Shown piece after piece: positions 9,066 through 14,984 of a stretch of 25,348 nucleotides of DNA; the first letter of the stretch is position 1, and each line of letters starts with the position of its first letter. The DNA lies in the NCBI GenBank assembly GCA_001816695.1, contig MHCR01000002.1:10353-35700 (forward strand). The letters run 5' to 3'. The position numbers and the translations under genes are program-made. This DNA is from Candidatus Woykebacteria bacterium RBG_16_39_9b (lineage in GTDB: Bacteria > Patescibacteriota > Microgenomatia > Woykebacterales > RBG-16-39-9b). The notes below the pieces were generated by a model that worked only from the letters and a program-made list of their open reading frames with translations, made no database searches and was not told the origin of the DNA.

Positions 9066-9095
9066 TTAGCAAATATTTGGTAGATTTGCTAAAAT
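9066..9095 (+). promoter_or_regulatory. CIRCE-like operator and extended -10 upstream of dnaJ
   Basis: Perfect inverted repeat TTAGCAAAT-N9-ATTTGCTAA (9066-9092). Its right arm overlaps TGcTAAAAT (9087-9095). Confidence 0.7.
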
Positions 9096-9211
9096 TCTCA
9101 TCATCCTACGGCTAAGAAATATTTGGCCCATGAAGTGGTCGCGGGGTTTTTTGCCATAGCCAAAAAAGACTTGATTGTACTTAGTAAAACACAAGATTTT
9201 GGAGGAGTAAA

Positions 9212-10303
9212 GTGACGAAGAAAGATTATTATGAAATATTAGGAATATCTAAAACCGCTTCAGATACTGAGATAAAAAGTGCCTACCGGAAAAAAGCAAG
9301 AGCGCATCATCCTGATGTGGATAAAAGTGCTGACGCGGAAAAGAAGTTCAAAGAAATAAATGAAGCTTATCAAGTGCTTTCTGACCAGCAAAAAAGAGAA
9401 GCTTATGATCGGTTTGGTCATGATGCATTTGGTGGTGCCAGGCGGGGCACACCAGGCGGTTTTAGCTATCAATACGGCCCAGGAGTAGATGTAAACTTTG
9501 ATTTTGGCGGCTTTGCCGATCCGTTTGAAATATTCGAGCAGTTTTTTGGTGCTCGTTCTCCTTTCGGTGGTTCAGCAAGACGTGGCCCAAGAACTGGCGC
9601 AGATCTTCATTATGAAATAACTATCCCTTTTGAACAAGCTGCCTTTGGAACGGAGAAAAATATTGAAATTCCCAGACACGAAACCTGTTCGGAGTGTTCT
9701 GGCAGCGGTGCCGAAAAGGGTAGTAAGCCGGTTATTTGTCCGACTTGTCAGGGAAAAGGCCGTGTGCAACAGACAGCACAGTCAATATTTGGCAACTTTG
9801 TAACCGCAAGAACTTGCCCAACATGTGGCGGCAGTGGTGAAATTGTTGACAAGAAATGCCCTCTCTGTAAAGGTTCTGGAAGGATTCGTAGCCACAAAGA
9901 AACTACGATCAGGATCCCAGCCGGAGTTGATGATGGTGATACTATTCGCTTCCAAAGTCTAGGAGAAGCTGGAGAAAAAGGAGGCGGTTATGGCGATTTA
10001 TACCTTACAGTAAGAGTAGTTCCCCATAAAGATTTTAAGCGTCGTGGTTATGATATTTACTACGAGCAGCCTATTTCTTTTACCCAAGCAGCTGTTGGTG
10101 GTGTAGTGGAAGTGCCCACACTAGATGGAAACGTGAAGTTAAAAATTCCAGAGAGCACACAAACTGGAACAGAATTTAGACTTCGCGGAAAAGGTATAAA
10201 ACACGACAGCTCTAGAGGAGATGAGTTTGTTCAAGTCAAAGTAATTACTCCCAAAAATCTTTCCTCCAAACAAAAAGAAGCCCTAAAAGAACTAGAAAAA
10301 TAA
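9212..10303 (+). CDS. dnaJ: Chaperone DnaJ
   Basis: J domain with HPD, G/F-rich region and four CxxCxGxG repeats. SD GGAGGAG before the GTG start. Confidence 0.97.
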   Translation: MTKKDYYEILGISKTASDTEIKSAYRKKARAHHPDVDKSADAEKKFKEINEAYQVLSDQQKREAYDRFGHDAFGGARRGTPGGFSYQYGPGVDVNFDFGGFADPFEIFEQFFGARSPFGGSARRGPRTGADLHYEITIPFEQAAFGTEKNIEIPRHETCSECSGSGAEKGSKPVICPTCQGKGRVQQTAQSIFGNFVTARTCPTCGGSGEIVDKKCPLCKGSGRIRSHKETTIRIPAGVDDGDTIRFQSLGEAGEKGGGYGDLYLTVRVVPHKDFKRRGYDIYYEQPISFTQAAVGGVVEVPTLDGNVKLKIPESTQTGTEFRLRGKGIKHDSSRGDEFVQVKVITPKNLSSKQKEALKELEK

Positions 10304-10424
10304 AAAACGAGGCACAGTCAATTAAATGGTTGGTTGATGGCCAATCAAGTAAACGACATATGCCTCGCCCAAAGGGAGGTTTGAGCACAGTAAACGGCGG
10401 AAAGCCGGTTGATCTCTTTGTTGA

Positions 10425-10496
10425 AGCGGACGACGGGACTCGAACCCGCAACCCTCAGCTTGGGAAGCTGATGATCTACCATTGATCTACGTCCGC
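10425..10496 (-). tRNA. tRNA-Gly (anticodon CCC), CCA not encoded
   Basis: Full cloverleaf on the minus strand: GCGGACG/CGTCCGC acceptor, GATC/GATC D-stem, TCAGC-TTCCCAA-GCTGA, GCGGG-TTCGAGT-CCCGT, discriminator U. Confidence 0.95.
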
Positions 10497-10507
10497 TCTT
10501 CCGTTTT

Positions 10508-10583
10508 TGGTCGAGGGGAGCAAGTTAGAACGACAGACTTACGGTATGCAAGCCCAATGCTCCCCCCGCTGATTGTCTGGAGG
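10508..10583 (-). pseudogene. Degenerate tRNA-Ala(UGC)-like relic with encoded ACCA
   Basis: Gapless 76-nt tRNA register: D-loop AGCGGGGG, GAGC, anticodon loop CTTGCAT, variable AAGTC, G-TTCTAAC T-loop and ACCA at canonical spacing. The canonical stems no longer pair. Confidence 0.6.
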
Positions 10584-10916
10584 CCCGGTGGCACACTGGA
10601 TCTCAAATCCCCGCGAGCTAAACCACCAGGCCACGAAGCGGTTGCGATCATGGATATTGCGTCACCACCTTGCAATGGTGAGCACAGACCGCAACCGCCA
10701 GCAGAACAGCCCACAGAGTTGACCCACCGAGGCCCCGCTTGCCCGGAAGATCTTTGGTAGCACCCCAAGACTCTGTGGGTTTGTCCTCGAGTAGGAAATG
10801 AACCTACCGAATAATTGCTGGAGGCAGTGGACGAGCCTTAGGTGTTCGGGATACCTTCGCAGCTGCTGGGGGGAACAGCCGATCTCCGGTCCCTATGCGG
10901 CAACCCGTTCACTGCC
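10582..10916. ncRNA. Candidate structured non-coding RNA(s): tandem long GC-rich hairpins
   Basis: Stems 10582-10591/10623-10632, 10638-10646/10690-10698, 10710-10719/10770-10779, 10791-10795/10803-10807 and 10823-10829/10910-10916. About 58% GC over 10501-10920 by hand count. No credible ORF. Confidence 0.55.
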
Positions 10917-11014
10917 ATAACTTGAAAAGTTCTTTTGCCCTCTTCTTTGCTTCAATAGAAGCACTATTTTGCTTGCCTGTCAAGATATCCTTAACAAACA
11001 AGTTTTTATTTGTC

Positions 11015-11043
11015 TTGACCGGCGGTAACTAATAGTTTATGAT
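11015..11043 (+). promoter_or_regulatory. nusA operon promoter
   Basis: TTGACC-17 nt-TATGAT. Confidence 0.7.
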
Positions 11044-11070
11044 TGGGGTACTTAATTTTTTAATTATAGA

Positions 11071-11103
11071 CTAATAAAGTGGGTTAAAATCCCACTTTGT
11101 TGG
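11071..11103 (+). promoter_or_regulatory. rimP/nusA-leader-like hairpin (attenuator)
   Basis: CTAATAAAGTGGG-TTAAAAT-CCCACTTTGTTGG, a 13-bp stem followed by TTTT. Resembles the AGTGGG...CCCACT leader hairpin of rimP-nusA operons. Confidence 0.6.
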
Positions 11104-11117
11104 TTTTGAGGAGGAAA

Positions 11118-12176
11118 ATGGCTTTAAGAACGGAATTTGCAGCTGCTTTAAATCAGGCTGCAGCTGAACGTGGGGTTGAACCGGAAGAAATTTTAAGAAT
11201 TATAGAAGAGGCTATAAAAGCCGCCTATAAAAAAGATTACGGTGGTGAGACTGAAGATTTGACTGCTGAAATTGATCCAGAAAGTGGAGAAGCTAAAGTT
11301 TTCAAAGAAGACAAAGATGTGACACCTCCGGGCTTTGGTCGAATTGCCGCTCAAACCGCAAAGCAAGTTATCCTACAAAGGATAAGAGAGGCCGAAAAAG
11401 AAGCAATTTTTGCGGAGTATGAAAAGAAGGTTGGTGCAGTGGTCAACGGAATGGTCCAAAGAATCGAGGGGGTAAATACAGTAATTGATTTAGGTAAAAC
11501 AGAAGCAATTATGCCGGCCCCCGAGCGTATGTCGGGTGAGGATTACCGGTTAAATCAGAGGTTAAAATTTTATATTGTTGGAATTCGTGAAAGTTCCAAG
11601 GGACCGGAAATTGTTGTTTCAAGAAGTCACAACGGGCTGGTGGAAGGATTATTTAAATTGGAGGTTCCAGAGATTGGAACAAGTATTGTTGAAATAAAAT
11701 CTATAGCTCGTGAGGCTGGAGCAAGAAGTAAAGTTGCAGTTTCAAGCAGACAGGCAGGTGTTGACCCAGTAGGGAGTTGCGTGGGTCAAAAAGGAGTTAG
11801 AGTTCAAGCTGTAATTGCCGAGCTTGGACACGAGAAAATTGACATAATTGCTTACAGTGATGATTCAGCCAAGTTTGTTTCAGCTGCACTTTCACCAGCG
11901 TCGGTGGATAAAGTTTCGATAGATGAAAAAACTAAGACAGCCCATGTTGAAGTTCCTGAGGATCAATTGTCTCTTGCAATTGGAAAGGACGGCCAAAATG
12001 TGCGTTTAGCAGCAAAATTAACTGGCTGGCGTATTGATATTAAGGGGGCCGAAAGAGTACAGGAAGTCGAAGAAGAAAAAGGAGCAAAACAAGAACCAAA
12101 AGATAAATCAAAATCTGCAAAAAAGAAAATCTTAAAAAATAATAGAAAAAAGAATGAAAAACCAAAAAAGAATTAG
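11118..12176 (+). CDS. nusA: Transcription termination/antitermination factor NusA
   Basis: FGRIAAQTAKQVI, REAGARSKVAV, ACVG-like SCVGQKGVRV and AIGKDGQNVRLAAKLTGWRIDI. Start moved to ATG 11118 after SD GAGGAGG. Confidence 0.97.
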   Translation: MALRTEFAAALNQAAAERGVEPEEILRIIEEAIKAAYKKDYGGETEDLTAEIDPESGEAKVFKEDKDVTPPGFGRIAAQTAKQVILQRIREAEKEAIFAEYEKKVGAVVNGMVQRIEGVNTVIDLGKTEAIMPAPERMSGEDYRLNQRLKFYIVGIRESSKGPEIVVSRSHNGLVEGLFKLEVPEIGTSIVEIKSIAREAGARSKVAVSSRQAGVDPVGSCVGQKGVRVQAVIAELGHEKIDIIAYSDDSAKFVSAALSPASVDKVSIDEKTKTAHVEVPEDQLSLAIGKDGQNVRLAAKLTGWRIDIKGAERVQEVEEEKGAKQEPKDKSKSAKKKILKNNRKKNEKPKKN

Positions 12177-12194
12177 CCTTTCGCTAAAATTCTT

Positions 12195-13655
12195 ATGGAA
12201 AAACAGAAGAAACAAATTACAGTTGAAAATACTCTTACAGTAAAACCTCCGGTGGTCACTATTCTAGGTCATGTAGACCATGGGAAGACTACTCTTTTGG
12301 ACTATATAAGACAAACGAAAGTAGCTGAAAAAGAGCATGGAGGTATTACTCAGCATATAGGTGCATATCAAATAGAATTACAAGGAAAGAAAATCACATT
12401 TATAGACACTCCAGGTCATGAAGCATTTTCCCAAATGAGAAGACGAGGGGGACAAGTCGCTGATATAGCTGTTTTAGTAGTAGCAGCAGATGATGGAGTT
12501 ATGCCCCAAACTAAAGAATCAATTTCGCATATAAAAGCTGCCCAAACCCCTCTTATAGTTGCAATAAATAAAACTGATATCCTCGGAATAAGCGTTGAGA
12601 AAGTTAAAAAACAATTGGCAGAAAATGGAGTTTCGGTTGAAGGCTATGGTGGGGATGTAGTAGCTGTTAATATTTCGGCGAGAACTGGTCAAGGTGTTGA
12701 CGAACTTTTGGAAATGATTTTGCTAACCTCAGAGCTTATAGAACTAAAGACGAATCTAAAGGTAGCATTAAAAGCGATTGTGATTGAATCTAGACTTGAT
12801 AAATACAGAGGTCCGATTGCGACATTACTTATTAAAGACGGGATTTTAAAATTAGGTGAAACAATTTATGGCCAGACAAGTTTTGGTAAGGTGCGAACTA
12901 TGGTTGATTCGAATAATAAACTAGTAAGAGAAGCTCTTCCTTCCACGCCTGTTGAAGTTTCAGGTTTAGAAAAAGTACCTGAGGTTGGTGATATGTTCAC
13001 TACAGTTGAAAGTAAAGCTGTTGCAGTTGAAGCTGAAAAGAAAAAAGTTGACCTCCTGAAATCTATGGAACAAGCGCCGAAGGGAGTAATTAATCTGATT
13101 TTGAAAGCTGATGCAGCCGGTAGTTTAGAGGCGATAGAAGCTTCAATTTATGAGTTATCTAGCGAAAAGCAATCTATAAATATTATTCACAAAGGGACTG
13201 GAGATATTACTGAATCAGACGTTTTATTAGCAGTCCCTACAAAGTCCATTGTTATTGGTTTTAATGTGGAAATAATGCCTTCAACCCAAAAACTAGCTGA
13301 AGAGGAATCTGTTATGATTCGCAGGTTTAATTTGATTTACGAGCTACTAGATGAGCTGAAAGAAGGAATTGCCGATGTTGAGCACAAAAGGAAAGTCAAA
13401 GCTACGGCCGTTATCTTGGCTCGCTTCGAAACAAAGGAAAAGCGTGTACTGGGAGTTAGAGTGAAAAGTGGAATTCTTGAGGGAGACGATCAGATCACTG
13501 TGTATAGGAATAAAGAACCTATAGGAGAAGGTAAAGTTATTTCCATAAAACAAAAAGCAGAAGCTGTAAAATCTGTTTCTAAAGGTGAAGAGTGTGGTAT
13601 AATGCTCGACACTAATGTTGATTTTCAAGAAGGAGATACAATCGAGGCAACATAG
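12195..13655 (+). CDS. infB: Translation initiation factor IF-2 (short, lacking the N-terminal domain)
   Basis: PPVVTILGHVDHGKTTLLD, GGITQHIGAY, DTPGHEAF, GVMPQTKE and ECGI motifs. Confidence 0.96.
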   Translation: MEKQKKQITVENTLTVKPPVVTILGHVDHGKTTLLDYIRQTKVAEKEHGGITQHIGAYQIELQGKKITFIDTPGHEAFSQMRRRGGQVADIAVLVVAADDGVMPQTKESISHIKAAQTPLIVAINKTDILGISVEKVKKQLAENGVSVEGYGGDVVAVNISARTGQGVDELLEMILLTSELIELKTNLKVALKAIVIESRLDKYRGPIATLLIKDGILKLGETIYGQTSFGKVRTMVDSNNKLVREALPSTPVEVSGLEKVPEVGDMFTTVESKAVAVEAEKKKVDLLKSMEQAPKGVINLILKADAAGSLEAIEASIYELSSEKQSINIIHKGTGDITESDVLLAVPTKSIVIGFNVEIMPSTQKLAEEESVMIRRFNLIYELLDELKEGIADVEHKRKVKATAVILARFETKEKRVLGVRVKSGILEGDDQITVYRNKEPIGEGKVISIKQKAEAVKSVSKGEECGIMLDTNVDFQEGDTIEAT

Positions 13656-13682
13656 AACGTCTACTGGCCAGCAAACGAACTT

Positions 13683-14498
13683 ATGAGAATTAATATTGCT
13701 GCCCCTCAAATTAAGGATCTAATCGAAAAATCAAATAAAGTACTACTTCTTACCCGCGCAAACCCATCAGTTGACGGAGTTTGTTCAATGATTGCTTTAT
13801 ATGATATATTAGCTTCGTTAGGAAAGAACCCAACCTCTGCTACTACTGGAAGAGTTCCCGAAGAAGTAAATCACCTGCCTCATATCAGTCGTTTAATGGA
13901 TAGAATTGAGCCGAAGAATTTAATCATATCTTTTGATTATGTCGAAGGTATGATTGATAAGGTTAGCTACAAAATAGAGGGCAATAAATTTAAACTGATT
14001 ATTAGTCCGAAAGAAAAGAGGATTAATCCCGAGCAGGTTGAATATTCATATAAAGGTACAGATTACGACTTAGTTTTCATTTTAGATTCACCAGACTTAG
14101 AATCTTTAGGCAAGCTTTTTGCGGACCCAGAATTTTATTCCACCGCGACAACGGTTAATATAGATAGGCGTGTAAACAACACTCAATTTGGTAAAGTCAA
14201 CATTATTGAGCCCAGAAACGACTCTGTTTGCGCAATTATCACAAAATTATTAGCAGATTCCAATATTAAGCTGACTTCTGTTGCCGCTGACGCATTACTT
14301 TTCGGTTTAAGGGCCTCTACCAGTAATTTTACTAAAGTGAATAATCCGTCTACTTTTGAGGCAGCTTCAATTTGCGTCGCGTCGAGCGGTAGATTTGGAA
14401 CCCAATCTGAAATGAAAATAGCTAATGAAGAATCAATAAAAACTTCAGAGAAAAATTTCTTTGCCCCCAAGATATTTAAAAGCAGCTCTTCTGATTAA
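13683..14498 (+). CDS. DHH-family (NrnA-like) protein with degenerate catalytic motifs
   Basis: RANPSVDG, FILDS, NIDRR and GLRASTSNF align with DHH motifs 1-4. Sits at the usual nrnA position after infB. Confidence 0.7.
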   Translation: MRINIAAPQIKDLIEKSNKVLLLTRANPSVDGVCSMIALYDILASLGKNPTSATTGRVPEEVNHLPHISRLMDRIEPKNLIISFDYVEGMIDKVSYKIEGNKFKLIISPKEKRINPEQVEYSYKGTDYDLVFILDSPDLESLGKLFADPEFYSTATTVNIDRRVNNTQFGKVNIIEPRNDSVCAIITKLLADSNIKLTSVAADALLFGLRASTSNFTKVNNPSTFEAASICVASSGRFGTQSEMKIANEESIKTSEKNFFAPKIFKSSSSD

Positions 14499-14506
14499 TT
14501 TTCAGC

Positions 14507-14536
14507 TTGCAGGTTCAAATATTTCTCTGATATACT
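14507..14536 (+). promoter_or_regulatory. rpsO promoter, leaderless geometry
   Basis: TTGCAG-18 nt-TGaTATACT, then 6 nt to ATG 14543. No SD. Confidence 0.65.
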
Positions 14537-14542
14537 AAAAAT

Positions 14543-14812
14543 ATGGCGTTGGAAAAAGAAGAAAAGCAAAAGATACTGAAAGAATTTGCTCAACATGAGG
14601 GTGACACTGGGTCGCCAGAGGTCCAAATTGCACTTTTAACCGAAAGAATTAAGCGATTGACAGATCATTTGAAAGATCATAAAAGTGACGTTCACTCTCG
14701 TCGTGGTCTTCTCCAAATGGTAAATAAAAGAAGACGGATATTAATGTATCTTACAAAGAAAGATCCGGACCGTTACAAAACTGTAGTTGGTAAATTAGGC
14801 TTGAGTAAGTAA
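14543..14812 (+). CDS. rpsO: 30S ribosomal protein S15
   Basis: [13 protein letters not shown] and [20 protein letters not shown] motifs. Confidence 0.98.
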   Translation: MALEKEEKQKILKEFAQHEGDTGSPEVQIALLTERIKRLTDHLKDHKSDVHSRRGLLQMVNKRRRILMYLTKKDPDRYKTVVGKLGLSK

Positions 14813-14880
14813 TGATGATAAATGTTTTATCCTGTACATATAAAATAAAACTTGCTTTATTAGTGTAAAATATTAAGGAG

Positions 14881-14971
14881 GTCGAAGATTTGGTGATCAG
14901 GGAACGGTGAAACGCGGTTATAATTTAATCACGATTCACGGCTCCCCGATTACTTTTTCAAAACCTTTGAC
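14881..14971 (+). promoter_or_regulatory. Long imperfect stem-loop in the rpsO-pnp spacer (pnp leader)
   Basis: Nested stems GTCGAAG/CTTTGAC, GGTGATC/GATTACT, GGGA/TCCC, TGAA/TTCA and CG.G/C.CG. The inner stem is followed by a U-tract. Confidence 0.55.
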
Positions 14972-14984
14972 GGTCTAAGTCTAA

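Noticed and set aside
10658-10672. T-box-like AAGGTGGTGACGC on the minus strand
   Set aside because: It lacks the conserved UGGNACC, has no antiterminator or terminator, and is buried in a hairpin stem.
10482-10768. 92-aa (+) and 93-aa (-) ORFs over the GC-rich island
   Set aside because: They overlap the tRNA and hairpins, have no RBS, and show Pro/Gly-rich composition typical of GC-rich stop-poor non-coding DNA.
10791-10807. T-arm-like hairpin GTAGG-TTCATTT-CCTAC as part of another tRNA
   Set aside because: A58 is missing, and there is no matching acceptor, D arm or anticodon arm at canonical distances.
10508-10916. Assignment of the island as RNase P RNA, tmRNA or SRP RNA
   Set aside because: No GAGGAAAGUCC/CCGGCUU P4 pair, no pairing T-arm or tag reading frame, and no CAGG-GNRA-AGCA helix 8. 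Only fragmentary look-alikes were seen. A covariance search is needed to exclude diverged forms.
10955-10983. Minus-strand promoter for the island (perfect TTGACA at 10983-10978)
   Set aside because: No acceptable -10 at 16-18 nt spacing (TTCTAT or TCTATT), so it was not called.
11097-11117. TTG-start extension of nusA
   Set aside because: It lies in the leader hairpin. The strong SD GAGGAGG points to ATG 11118.
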